Part shown: piece after piece, positions 36,990 to 49,808 of the stretch | Numbering within the stretch: position 1 is the stretch's first letter | How the letters are laid out: each line of letters opens with the position of its first letter | Assembly (NCBI RefSeq): GCF_001194135.2 | Contig: NC_068992.1 | Coordinates: forward strand, 49,403,829 to 49,467,828 | DNA length: 64,000 nucleotides | Source of the DNA: Octopus bimaculoides | Lineage: Eukaryota | Reading direction: 5' to 3' | Made by a program: the position numbers and the translations under genes | The notes under the pieces: generated by a model | Databases searched by the model: none | The model's input: the letters and a program-made list of their open reading frames with translations, nothing else | Told to the model about the DNA's origin: nothing

Positions 36990-37575
36990 CAAAGAGGAAG
37001 GAAAAGGAACTAAGCAACGAAAGAAGAGGAGGGAGTAACAAGGTGTACATCCCTGTCCGTATAACGTATTTAACCGCGCCCCGCGGACATAATAACATAG
37101 GCATTGCTGCAGAGAATGGTCAGCCACACTTATAGTTCACCAACAGTTCTCTACGCCAGTGACATATATAGAAGAGCGCCGTGAAAATCGACAGAAAAAT
37201 AGATGTGTTTCACTAAAGATGTTTGTGATGGATTCTGAAAGCGTACTGGATAGACCACGTAATCAAACGCAGACATTCTAAAGAGAGCCAACACAAAACC
37301 ACTTCGCGAAAGCATCACAGAACGAGGATTAAAGCCAGCAAGTCATATACTTTGCCCACCAGAAGAACGCCATTCTAAAACAACTTTCTAATGGATACTG
37401 CCTGAGGAGGGGGGGGCTTAGAGAACGCCGAAAACTACATGGGACAGACCACTCATAATCGACATGAGAGTGGTGAATATCACATGCCCGGATGTCACAT
37501 GCTAACCAATAGAGATCAGTGGCGTCGACTTGCTGCCCAGCGTGCTCAAGAGTACATGAGAAACTAATTCCGATA
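36990..37575 (+). mobile_element. Decayed RTE-like LINE 3' fragment
   Basis: Frames give KIDRKIDVFH*RCL*WILKAYWIDHVIN / ADILKRANTKPLRESITERGLK..HIL and TNRDQWRRLAAQRAQEYMRN*, followed by a (TACA)n tail. This is a typical post-RT C-terminus of RTE-like elements. Confidence 0.6.
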
Positions 37576-37603
37576 CTGACATACATACATACATACATGT
37601 ATG

Positions 37604-37635
<32 letters not shown>

Positions 37636-38436
37636 NNNNNNNNNNNNNNNNNNNNNNNNNNNNNNNNNNNNNNNNNNNNNNNNNNNNNNNNNNNNNNNNN
37701 NNNNNNNNNNNNNNNNNNNNNNNNNNNNNNNNNNNNNNNNNNNNNNNNNNNNNNNNNNNNNNNNNNNNNNNNNNNNNNNNNNNNNNNNNNNNNNNNNNNN
37801 NNNNNNNNNNNNNNNNNNNNNNNNNNNNNNNNNNNNNNNNNNNNNNNNNNNNNNNNNNNNNNNNNNNNNNNNNNNNNNNNNNNNNNNNNNNNNNNNNNNN
37901 NNNNNNNNNNNNNNNNNNNNNNNNNNNNNNNNNNNNNNNNNNNNNNNNNNNNNNNNNNNNNNNNNNNNNNNNNNNNNNNNNNNNNNNNNNNNNNNNNNNN
38001 NNNNNNNNNNNNNNNNNNNNNNNNNNNNNNNNNNNNNNNNNNNNNNNNNNNNNNNNNNNNNNNNNNNNNNNNNNNNNNNNNNNNNNNNNNNNNNNNNNNN
38101 NNNNNNNNNNNNNNNNNNNNNNNNNNNNNNNNNNNNNNNNNNNNNNNNNNNNNNNNNNNNNNNNNNNNNNNNNNNNNNNNNNNNNNNNNNNNNNNNNNNN
38201 NNNNNNNNNNNNNNNNNNNNNNNNNNNNNNNNNNNNNNNNNNNNNNNNNNNNNNNNNNNNNNNNNNNNNNNNNNNNNNNNNNNNNNNNNNNNNNNNNNNN
38301 NNNNNNNNNNNNNNNNNNNNNNNNNNNNNNNNNNNNNNNNNNNNNNNNNNNNNNNNNNNNNNNNNNNNNNNNNNNNNNNNNNNNNNNNNNNNNNNNNNNN
38401 NNNNNNNNNNNNNCGCCTTTCGGAATAAGTTTATTC

Positions 38437-38634
38437 TTTTTCTACTCCGAAATTTTAGGGGAGGGGGCCAGTCGATTAGATCGACCCAGTACGCAACTGA
38501 TACTTAATTTGTCAACCCCGAAAGGATGAAAGGCAAAGTCGACCTCGGCGGAATTTGAACTCAGAACGTAGCGGCAGGCGAAATACTGCTAAGCATTTCG
38601 CCCGGTGTGCTAACGTTTCTGCCAGCTCGCCGCC
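38437..38634 (-). mobile_element. SINE family A flanked by a 23-bp duplication
   Basis: cgcctttcggaataagtttattc occurs at 38414-38436 and 38631-38653. Confidence 0.9.
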
Positions 38635-40144
38635 TTTCGGAATAAGTTTATTCAATTTAGCACTAATTTTACATGTATTTTTTCTCACATTCTCAGAAGT
38701 GAATTTTAAAAATGACAAATTTAAATGACATGTTTTATCATGCAAGTTTTATTATGTTGTTATAGCTACAAGGAAGAAATAAATTACGTGATTCTTCTGC
38801 CCACGAAAGTCTTTTCCATTGCTACAATCGTAACCGGTCGGTATCAGCTGCATTTTATATCCCTTTCTCTTACACCAGCTTGTCATCATGGAGCCCCGAA
38901 CTTTGGAAACAATCAGGAAATTAAATGATCTGTGAAACCCTCAAGAACCCATTAGTAAATTGAAAGCTAGTAACAAACTTCATGTAAACACGACCTGCAT
39001 TGAGGGCTAGGTAACAGTGTGTAAATTCTAATTCTACCTAAATGAGGCAAAGACGGTATATCTAAGTACCAAATAGTTAAAATGAACTGACTACATCGAA
39101 ATCACTGTTAATTACAATTGGAAATAAGGGAATGATAGATGTGGTAGGTTTCAATTCAATGTTTTTATTATAATTGTTTTGCTGATCCTGGAAGCTTTGC
39201 AAATGTATGTATGTATATATGTATGTATGTATGAATGTATGTTATAATTCAGTTTTATTTCAAAATTTCTTACCATTAGAGAAAGATCCGGTTCCTAATC
39301 TAGACCAAAGGCTCCTTCATTGGAATTTCAGCATCAACAGGGAATTAACGTATGTATGCAGTTTTTTGTATGTATGTATGTATGTATGTATGTATGTATG
39401 TATGTATGTATGTATGTATGTATGTATGTATTGATCGATCCTTTTAAACACCCTTCCCTTCAGCTACCTTTCCACTTACCTATTTACCTATTTATTGAAC
39501 TATCAGGCAACGCTTTTTTTTTTTATCTATTTATCTTTTATTGCACCCTCTTATATATGTACTTACCAACCTATATCTTTCCTTATCTACATTCCAATCT
39601 TCGTATTTGCCGACCTGTCTACCTTACAATATAAACCAGGATGCGAGCATTTAGAGTTTGTGACTCGGCTAATAAGATATGTGATATGTGACCAGAGATT
39701 TTTTGATATAGGCACAGGTATGGCCGTATGATTAAGAATCTCGCTTCGTAATCATGTGGTCTTCCGTGACCCTCAGGACATGTATGTCTATAAAGACCTG
39801 TAAGGTCATGTCAATGCTGACCATCTGTCCGTAATGTGTTACGTAACAAGCCAAAGTTCAACGTTGTCTCTGACGTTTTTGTTTTTCACTGAAACCTCAA
39901 TAGTTCTTCATTCTATATACCGAGGAACCGTCTTGTGGGCCAGCATGTGATGCACTAACTCAGTATGTTGATTCAACCAGTCCTCAGTTTTAAAACTATG
40001 CATGTAGTTCCAGATTATCTTCACCCGATGTAGGAGATACCACATCACTTTTCAACAAGTGTTATCACCAGATATTCTTTGAAGGGCAAGACAAGCCACT
40101 GTAGCTTTCACAATGCGGAAATAAGTTTAGGGGCAGTAACTCAC

Positions 40145-40230
40145 TTGCTTTGGCTCCGTAGCATTGCTGCATTGCTTTTCGATCAACCAAATACACCATA
40201 TACAACATTCGTCCACTGTAAATGACATTG
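40145..40230 (-). CDS. Candidate internal exon (86 nt, phase 2 to 1) of an unidentified host gene
   Basis: Strong acceptor ccttttcttgttctttag and donor CAA|gtgagt. Frame NVIYSGRMLYMVYLVDRKAMQQCYGAKA is phase-compatible with 42336-42391. Confidence 0.45.
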
Positions 40231-40796
40231 CTAAAGAACAAGAAAAGGTTTTCTACTTAAATTGCTAACATTAAAAAATTATAGGTTTGGCAAGAACTAT
40301 ATGTATGTGTGAGTGTTGTTATAACCAATATTGTTTGTTTTTCTTGCTGAGAATATTTAAGTCAAGATTACTACCGTAACCTATCATAAAGTCATTATTT
40401 TTTCTCCGTGTGTCTGTTTAGTGATAGTAGCCTTCTTTTTCTGGTCTTCCTTTTTTTTTTCTTTCCTTTCCTTTGATTTGTGCTAATATTTTTTTCACTA
40501 TTGTTTTAAATGGGGGCGTACGTGTTTATTTTGGTGCTACTGCCACTGTGGTGAACAATCCTTCCAGTTACGGAAAACTGCGGTGTATTATGAGTAAGAG
40601 AAATGTTTGAAAATATAAATGTAAAACGTCGAAAGACAAGCCTAATTTTTTTCGCCTCAAGGTAAAGCGAGATGAACAGGAGTTATGTTGGTCAAACTTT
40701 ATCTCAACTAAAGTTGTCCCAAGAAACTTTCATTAAATCCAATCATGATAAATGTCGGTTTGTTACAGATCTAGTTTGGGGGCATATGTTCAACTT

Positions 40797-40798
40797 GA

Positions 40799-40838
<40 letters not shown>

Positions 40839-41010
40839 ATAATAATAATAATAATAATAATCCTTTCTCCAATTTGGGGGGAAGGGTTTAAGTTGACCCA
40901 AGTACCCCACTGGTACTTAATTTATCGACCCCCAAAAGGATGAAAGTTAAGGATTTGAACTGAAAACGAAAAGGGCTATAGCTAAACACCATAAGATATT
41001 TTATCCGATG
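40797..41010 (-). mobile_element. Degenerate SINE family A with a (TAC)n(TAA)n tail
   Basis: tcctttctcc...cccactggtacttaatttatcgacccccaaaaggatgaaag...atttgaact. Confidence 0.7.
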
Positions 41011-42335
41011 GTCAATTTTTTTTTTAAGTTACAGTATAAAGATATGGACGATAGTGGAGAAGTTGAACAAATTAATTACGGGACTTGATTTTTAGGCATC
41101 CGGATGTTCTCTTCTTCCTTGTTTTGTATTTTTATATTTCTTTTATTATTATTATTGTCATAGTTATTTCGGGGGCATGTTAACAACACCTGTGTGAATA
41201 GGGACAGATATGTATAAAATGTGAACTATGTATTGGATCGGAACTAAACTAGCCCTGAATAACTGGCTGAAATTTTTCTGTTGTTTTTCAATGAGCATAT
41301 ATTATTATTATTATTATTTTTTATTATTATTATTGTTGTTGTTATCATCATTTACGAACTCTGGCAAGTTAGTTATTGTTTATTGGGTGGTCCAGCTGTT
41401 TAAAGGACGTTTTTATACAATTTCCTGAAAGTAAATATTTCTCTAAACTAATGGGAGTGTTATGTAACTAATACCAATGAATGCCATTCCTGAAATTTAG
41501 GTGAAAAAGGCCGCCTTGCTTCGCTTAAATTAACTGAATAAGCAGACATAGAAGATTTAAAAAGCCACTTTCGTTATCGTTTAGCGTTAACATTATAAGG
41601 ACATCACAAACTATTTGAAATATTCACAAACACACTCTTCAGATAATTCTGTCTTCTATTCATCCTACCACTATCATTTTCTTTGTTTTTGTAAGTTTAA
41701 TATTTTATCATGTTTTCTGGCTGTTTCTCAGTTTTGTTTTGTTTACTATTCCGTCTAACCAACACTGTTCTGTCTTCAGCTTTTATCACACTCGAATTTA
41801 ATCTTTTATCCGTATGTTTATGAGATATTGACCGAGTATAGAAACCCTCGGATATTTACATAAATACACTCAAACTTATTTCTTCCGTAACTAACATATT
41901 ATTTATTCGGTAATGGCGGTTTAGTTGAAAGTAACAAAACAGGCAGACGACAAGATGAAAAAAAGATATATTTCGTTATTGTTATATGTTCTTGAAAAAA
42001 AATTGTTGAATACATAAATAACTTAAATTTCTTCGCATTTTATCATCTATTCTTTCATTATTTCTCTATATTCTATTTCACTGTTATCTTTTTGTTCTCG
42101 TGTTTTGTTTCCTGGTTTATCTGTTTTGATTCCCCAAGAGCATTGTAAATGAAGTTTTCAGCTGGGGAGTGAAACCACATTCTGGTTGGTTTATTCTTGC
42201 TTTCTTCGATGTTTCTCTTCCAATTTCCTCTTTGAATATCCGTTTTCGTATTCCTACGATCTTCATCACTCTAGAATTTCCTGTCTTTTCGAGATTTGGA
42301 GAATGAATTAAAATACTGGCGACCAAAAGTATTAC

Positions 42336-42391
42336 CTTATATCACTAGAGACATAAAGAACGTGGCTAGAAATATCACTGCCAATCACATG
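42336..42391 (-). CDS. Candidate internal exon (56 nt, phase 0 to 2)
   Basis: Acceptor gattttgtttcag and donor AAG|gtaata. Frame HVIGSDISSHVLYVSSDI. Confidence 0.4.
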
Positions 42392-42823
42392 CTGAAACAA
42401 AATCTGTCGCTTGTGTCATAGGAAAACGTACATAGCATTATGACCGCCGCTACTGGGTGACTTTGTCTGTTACTGAAAGACTTTTGTTCTATTTAACAAA
42501 GTACGTCCACAAGAGATATTATCTACGGACGAATGTCGCACTTGAGTTATCTTTCCCTCATATATTTGCATTAAGTATGATACACTAATGGCTATTTTAA
42601 TCTAATACTGCTTCTGATGTATACAGCGACTTTTCATTCGGAAAAGTTGGTAAGTGCAACACCAGTGATTTTTCAATCACAATTTTCCTTTCTGTCTGTC
42701 TGTATACATAAGTATGCAAATATATGCAAATATATGTGTATGTATGAATATATGTATATAACTGTATATCTAAGTATGTGTGTGCGTATGCATGTATTTG
42801 TGTATGTGTGTGTGTGTGTGTGT

Positions 42824-42910
<87 letters not shown>

Positions 42911-43073
42911 CATATATACTCCTTTATGTATATATATACCTTTATGTATATGAACGGAACGGATATTGTTGCTAGATTTATAGTTGCTTCAATCAAAAGA
43001 AACAACCTTTTCCGAAGAGAATATATTTATTTATTCTAACTTCAAACCAAATCATGAAGGAAATGCAACTTAC

Positions 43074-43124
43074 TGTCGCTGCATTACCATGAAATGAAAC
43101 CCGATGCAACAGTGAGAAATGATT
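43074..43124 (-). CDS. Candidate internal exon (51 nt, phase 0 to 0)
   Basis: Acceptor caactcatttcag and donor ACA|gtaagt. Frame NHFSLLHRVSFHGNAAT. Confidence 0.4.
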
Positions 43125-43579
43125 CTGAAATGAGTTGATCTATTACCTCTGTGCATAATTTGTTACGAATCATGGATGACACAGCTCAGACAATCTGTGC
43201 TTTACATTTCCTCTGTGTGAATATGAGATTCACTAATGACTAAGACAGGCAGTATAAGGTGTTATAATCACATCACAACACTTCAAATAAACTAATGTAA
43301 ATTGTGTTGTTTAGAATATTGCCGCTATGGAAAAGGTGAGCTGCCGGCAAGGCAACCGAGACAGCAATTCGGTTTCAGTTCACGCTCGAAGTCAAATCTC
43401 TTCACTCGTATCATAATGTGTCCCTGGAGAAGGCATGAACACCACTGTATGCCATGTTATCCGTTCTTAGAATAGCGAAAAATGTTTTTCTTTTTGTCTT
43501 TACAAAACGCAAACCCTGTATTCTTGGCTGGGTGTAATGGCAGAAATGAAAGAATACGGGATTTGATAGAATCTCATAA

Positions 43580-43900
43580 CTTTTACTTGTTTCAGTCATT
43601 GGACTGCAGCCATGCTGGGGCACCGCCTTGAAGGTTTTAGCTGCACAAATCGACCCCAATACTGTTTTTGTAAGCTTGGTACGTTTTCTAAAGGTCCCTT
43701 GTGCCGAACCGCTAGGTTACCGGAATGTGGGCAAACCAACAGCAGTTGTCAAGCGGCGGTGAGAGACATACAAACACCCACCCACCCACACACAGAGACA
43801 CACTCAGGGACTGTGTAGAAGACACATGCCCAAGATGCCAGACATTGGGTCTGAACTCACGAAAAAAACAAGTGGTTGGGAAGTAAACATCTTAGCACGC
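43580..43900 (-). mobile_element. Degenerate SINE family D
   Basis: cttgtttcagtcattggactgcagccatgctggggcaccgcctt...gccgaaccgctaggttac...gttgtcaagc...tagaagacacatgcccaag. Confidence 0.8.
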
Positions 43901-43964
43901 GCAAATTTGCAGTTCTAACGTTTCTGAGTTCATTTATTACTCGAGACAATAACATTAGCACCCA

Positions 43965-44012
<48 letters not shown>

Positions 44013-44055
44013 GATCTATCTATCTCTCCACCTGTGTGTGTGTGTGTGTGCGTGT

Positions 44056-44104
<49 letters not shown>

Positions 44105-44688
44105 CACGCATGCGTGTGTTGTGAACGAATTGTATGAGTTGTACTTCATTTAAAGATCGTCTAATAATACGTTTCAGCTGCTATATGACTTAACTTTCAT
44201 CTTACTTTTGTCCGTTTGCTGGCTCCATCTTACAGTTTGAGTTGACCGATAGGAAGAAACTTTCTTGCATCATTCAGTAACGGTTAACTTCCTTTAGAAA
44301 TAATGGATATTTCACCGCTAAGACAGTGTCTCAATAATCAGATGGCTTTTTACGTCTTTGAAACGTTGTCTTATGACACGTTTGAAACATAAACTGTTAA
44401 CATAAACTAGCGAAACTCGTGAATATTTCACAGAATTAATGATTAACTTATTCGGTTATTTCTGAAAACGTAGCCTGTGTTGTGTTAGTATCAAAAGATA
44501 GTCGATCATCTGCTACTCATTAAAAAGTGAAGGAAATTAGAATACGATGATTATTTAATACATTTTATTTTCCACTTTATATACTTCATGTACAATTTTA
44601 TAGACTTAGTACACAACACTCTCCCTCTCACACTTCGCCTTACCTTATTTTTCTCTCTCCTTTTTCTCTCACTTTTCACCTTTCACTT

Positions 44689-44719
<31 letters not shown>

Positions 44720-44722
<3 letters not shown>

Positions 44723-44885
44723 AGAATTCACAAGAAAAAAAATAAAGACGAAGACAGGTGGTGTAGATAACATAACGCTCGGGAAGTGAAAAAGTCTTTA
44801 ACGTTTCGAGCCTACGCTCTTCCACAGAAAGGAACACAGAAAGAAACAAGGAGAAAAGAAAAAGAATGTGTAGTGGCTAGCGATA
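44720..44885 (-). mobile_element. Short Penelope-like repeat end, copy 2
   Basis: Homologous to 9544-9720. Both copies start at gggagaat immediately after a microsatellite. Confidence 0.6.
44796..44831 (-). ncRNA. Minimal type I hammerhead-like motif, copy 2 (A6>U; NUH = GUU)
   Basis: Minus strand: CUUU-CUGUGGA-A-GAGC guag GCUC-GAAA-C-GUU-AAAG. Confidence 0.55.
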
Positions 44886-45044
44886 TACATTTATGTGTGT
44901 ATATATGTGAGTGTGTGCGTGCGCGTGCGTGTAACTAGACTAATTGGCGGAGTCGTAGAGCACTGTATAGAATGCCCTGAGAGTCTTTGCACCAGTTATA
45001 CAGTGCTCTAAGTTCAAATCTCACTGACGTTACCTTATGCTCTA

Positions 45045-45210
45045 TAGGCACAGGCGTGGCTGTGTTGTAAGAAATTTGCTTCCCAACCACATTGTTACAG
45101 GTTCAGTCCCACTGCGTGACACCTCAGACAAATATCTTCTGCTCTAGTCTCGGATTGCCCGAAGCTTTGTGAGTGAATTTGGTGGACAGAAACTGAAAAA
45201 AGCCCGTCTT
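45045..45210 (+). mobile_element. SINE family D, 5' part
   Basis: ataggcacaggcgtggctgtgttgtaag...caggttcagtcccactgcgtgacacc...gctttgtgagtgaatttggtggacagaaactgaaaaaagcccgtc. Confidence 0.85.
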
Positions 45211-45432
45211 ATATGTATGTATGTATGTATGTATACATGAATGTATGTATGTATGTATGTATGAATACATGTATGTATGTATGTATGTGCGTATGAATGT
45301 ATACACGCGCAGTCATACAACCACAAGAATCTGACAGATTTTGTTTCTGTCAATTTAACTTCGCTCATAAGTTTCTCCAAGAGCTGGCATATGATTAGAG
45401 ACGATCCAACCATGAACATCTCATCAGTGTGT

Positions 45433-45528
<96 letters not shown>

Positions 45529-46137
45529 CACATATGTAGGACTAGATTTTTCAATGTTATGTATCGTTCTTCGTTAAGAAAGGGTCGGCAGGATGTGATT
45601 TGTAGAATATCTATGCACGCGCAAGCTGTAGCCAATAAACAATGAGGACGACGACGACGACGACGACGACGATGATGATGATGGTGGCTGCTATTTCTAG
45701 ACGATCATGCAATCGCATAGGCATCTCCTCGCTGGTTCTGAAAAACATTTCAAAGAAATCTCTTAAAGAACACAAGGACCAATGTTCTAGAAAAGTGTTT
45801 CCTACTATAACTCATGTCTATGCCTATCTGAAGTAAATCATCCATTCTGTATTCCTCACCAAACCTGTTATAGGTGCCTTACGGTATATTTAACTACAAC
45901 ATATCAGTTTTCGAAACAATATATTCCTTCAAAAACAACGCATTACAAATTACTCATTTCCGAGCCTGATTCAAAGAAGACTCATCACAGATTCTGTATA
46001 ATTCAACATGACTAATTAAACAACATATGAACTAATGCAAGTAATACTTCATGTTTTCCTGTGTGGTAATGGTGGGTCTAGTGGTGGTGGTTTTGGCGGC
46101 GGCGGCGGCAGTGGTAGTGTAGTGGTGCGTGCATGCG

Positions 46138-46169
<32 letters not shown>

Positions 46170-49009
46170 NNNNNNNNNNNNNNNNNNNNNNNNNNNNNNN
46201 NNNNNNNNNNNNNNNNNNNNNNNNNNNNNNNNNNNNNNNNNNNNNNNNNNNNNNNNNNNNNNNNNNNNNNNNNNNNNNNNNNNNNNNNNNNNNNNNNNNN
46301 NNNNNNNNNNNNNNNNNNNNNNNNNNNNNNNNNNNNNNNNNNNNNNNNNNNNNNNNNNNNNNNNNNNNNNNNNNNNNNNNNNNNNNNNNNNNNNNNNNNN
46401 NNNNNNNNNNNNNNNNNNNNNNNNNNNNNNNNNNNNNNNNNNNNNNNNNNNNNNNNNNNNNNNNNNNNNNNNNNNNNNNNNNNNNNNNNNNNNNNNNNNT
46501 ATATATATATATATGTATATATGCTTATATATATATATACATATTTATAGGCCATATATACGCATGTAAGTAAATTTGTTACGTGGGTGAGCTTGTGTGT
46601 ATGTGATATTCAGCGTGTGTATATGTATGTATATGTGTCTATATTTAGACCAGTCAAAAATGTTAAGGTCGTGTCCACTGCTGTCTTCTCTACATCCTTT
46701 CGACAAACACTTATCAATAAATGAAGCACGATATTAAAGTATGTTACCAGAATCGATATGATCGACTTACAAAACCCCTAGAAAGTGGCGACCTAGGAAG
46801 GCCGCAGTCCACTTCTTAAAGCATGTATCACTTTTCTAATGCCTGGTTCCAATTTCGTGCATGCACGTCGTAAAGAAAACGATGCCAATTCTCTTACTTA
46901 TGCCTTCTATATCGTTTTGATTTCAACAAGTAAGTGTATACTCAATATCTGATCGTTAAATATTTTCCCCTATAGACAGGAACACAGAATTTTTGACATT
47001 TGTTATTTAAGACCACACTTCTTCAATTATATTTAGTTGATAGACTAAATAACACCCGATCTAACGTAACACTTAAGCATGGTATCAAAAGTAACATATA
47101 TTCACTGTAATTTAGACAAAACGACTACTGTCAGCCATTTTACGCGTTAATAAAAGTAAACTTGACACTTTGGCGTCTTCATTCTTTTCGAGCTGCTAAA
47201 TCGTTTTAATACATACGTAGACGCATACATACAAACATACATACATGCGTAAATAAATGCACACATACATACTTGCATACATATATACATACATATAAAC
47301 CCAAATACATACACACATACATTTTTTCATTTATTCTTTTAGTGGTTTAAATCACAGGACTGCGATCAAGCTGGAGCACCGCCTTATTATTATTTATATT
47401 TATTTATTAGCATTATATTACTATGTTTTCTTCTAAAGTTTCGCTGAAGTTTTATGGCTGGAAGTTGATCTACAGCTGCGTGTAAATTTTCATAGTTGGC
47501 TGGTCTGATATTTTCTCGAATGCTTCGATATAGNNNNNNNNNNNNNNNNNNNNNNNNNNNNNNNNNNNNNNNNNNNNNNNNNNNNNNNNNNNNNNNNNNN
47601 NNNNNNNNNNNNNNNNNNNNNNNNNNNNNNNNNNNNNNNNNNNNNNNNNNNNNNNNNNNNNNNNNNNNNNNNNNNNNNNNNNNNNNNNNNNNNNNNNNNN
47701 NNNNNNNNNNNNNNNNNNNNNNNNNNNNNNNNNNNNNNNNNNNNNNNNNNNNNNNNNNNNNNNNNNNNNNNNNNNNNNNNNNNNNNNNNNNNNNNNNNNN
47801 NNNNNNNNNNNNNNNNNNNNNNNNNNNNNNNNNNNNNNNNNNNNNNNNNNNNNNNNNNNNNNNNNNNNNNNNNNNNNNNNNNNNNNNNNNNNNNNNNNNN
47901 NNNNNNNNNNNNNNNNNNNNNNNNNNNNNNNNNNNNNNNNNNNNNNNNNNNNNNNNNNNNNNNNNNNNNNNNNNNNNNNNNNNNNNNNNNNNNNNNNNNN
48001 NNNNNNNNNNNNNNNNNNNNNNNNNNNNNNNNNNNNNNNNNNNNNNNNNNNNNNNNNNNNNNNNNNNNNNNNNNNNNNNNNNNNNNNNNNNNNNNNNNNN
48101 NNNNNNNNNNNNNNNNNNNNNNNNNNNNNNNNNNNNNNNNNNNNNNNNNNNNNNNNNNNNNNNNNNNNNNNNNNNNNNNNNNNNNNNNNNNNNNNNNNNN
48201 NNNNNNNNNNNNNNNNNNNNNNNNNNNNNNNNNNNNNNNNNNNNNNNNNNNNNNNNNNNNNNNNNNNNNNNNNNNNNNNNNNNNNNNNNNNNNNNNNNNN
48301 NNNNNNNNNNNNNNNNNNNNNNNNNNTATTACTTTAACGATTGCTTAGCTTTAAGGACCCGAAATCACTAAATATATTTTTCATAACATCGAATTTGTAG
48401 AGATGATTTAAAGACAGATAAAATAATACCAAAGGTTACATTTCCACTTAAGAACAGTTGCCAAGTTAATGTAATTATATATTTTTAAAAAAATGCAATC
48501 TATTTCTAAGTAAGACCGAGTAGAATAATTAGTTCATATTTTCATGGAACCATCATTGTACGTCGTAATATGCCATGTAATATAGCATCTCCAGGAATGT
48601 TTTCTTGTAGTCAAGTTAAAGAAAACATATGTTAAATCATTAGTTACTTCACTGAAATAGACGACACATGTATAAATGTTCATCCAGCTGTGAATATAAA
48701 CGCCAGTTCAACTTTCGTTCTTTGATATAGACTTAACGATTCCTTATCTAAGAAGATAAAGGTTATGTATATTTCATAACTTATCACATTACGTGGATTG
48801 CAACTTATTGCCATCTAAGGGTGAACCTGAAAGGAAAGAAGGAAGCGGCTTCCTTCAAGTTTAAACTACTGCCTATGAGTGTGCGTTCTAATTTCTTCAT
48901 TTTACGAAAAATATAGTTTTTTAAAGAAAGAAGATAATAATCTTGAATCGAGACGATTAATAAAACAAAATAGAGATATCATTTAGAATCAATATCTTGG
49001 TTTCAAATA

Positions 49010-49150
49010 TCGACACAAGGCCAGCAGATGTTGGGGAACGACCCTGAAAGGATGAAAGGTAAGTCGACTGAGGCGGAATTTGAACAATTCTGCCAGCTCA
49101 CCGCCTTATTTCAAATTTTGGCACAAGGCCGGTAATTTTAGGGGAGGAAG
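49010..49150 (-). mobile_element. Internally deleted SINE family A plus the tail of a second copy
   Basis: acaaggccagc...gaccctgaaaggatgaaaggtaagtcgactgaggcggaatttgaac|aattctgccagctcaccgcc. Confidence 0.7.
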
Positions 49151-49414
49151 GATATTTGTGGTTTTCGTCACTATTTACAATAAAAAAAAAACTCATGTAT
49201 CATATAAATGTAATTTTTGACGCTGAATCCGAATTTGTTATTCATTTATTCCAGAAAAGTGTTACAAGTGTCCAAAGTTTGATAATTTTCAGAATTTTCA
49301 GCCAATCAGAAAACAGCGCATTCGCTGCATCTTCCATCATCGAGAGGGGGGAAGGGGTGATATCAGCATGTCAAAACATTGAACTAGCTGCAGTAAACTG
49401 GAAAACATGAAATT

Positions 49415-49714
49415 ATTCGCGAGCAAATTAAACATTTAAAAGCCACGAACAAACCAACCGGAGTTGCTAGAAATAACAGTCAAGACATTAGAATATATAC
49501 GAGCAGAGTCAATATTAGAACATCCGCGAGCAAATTAAATATTTAAAAGCTACGAACAAACCAACAGGAGTTGCTAGAAATAACAGTCAAACATTAAAAT
49601 ATGCACGAGCAAAGTAAACAATCAAAACAGTGAAAAACATTCGTGAACAAATTAAATATTTAAAAGTTATGAGCAAAACCAACAAGAGTTTCTAGAAATA
49701 ACAGTCAAAACATT
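49415..49714. repeat. Tandem repeat: three units of about 107-117 bp (third partial)
   Basis: Units start at 49415, 49522 and 49639. Each contains gagcaaattaaa(c/t)atttaaaag...ccaac..gagt(tg/tt)ctagaaataacagtcaa. Confidence 0.9.
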
Positions 49715-49776
49715 GCTTAAAACAGACATTTATTAGTTTAATATATATATATATATTTGCATGTATTACGTATGTG

Positions 49777-49808
<32 letters not shown>

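Noticed and set aside
39790-40130. Possible Tc1-like remnant (GEDNLELH / KTEDWLNQH)
   Set aside because: The motifs are too degenerate to call. Noted because, if real, it would weaken the exon call at 40145-40230.
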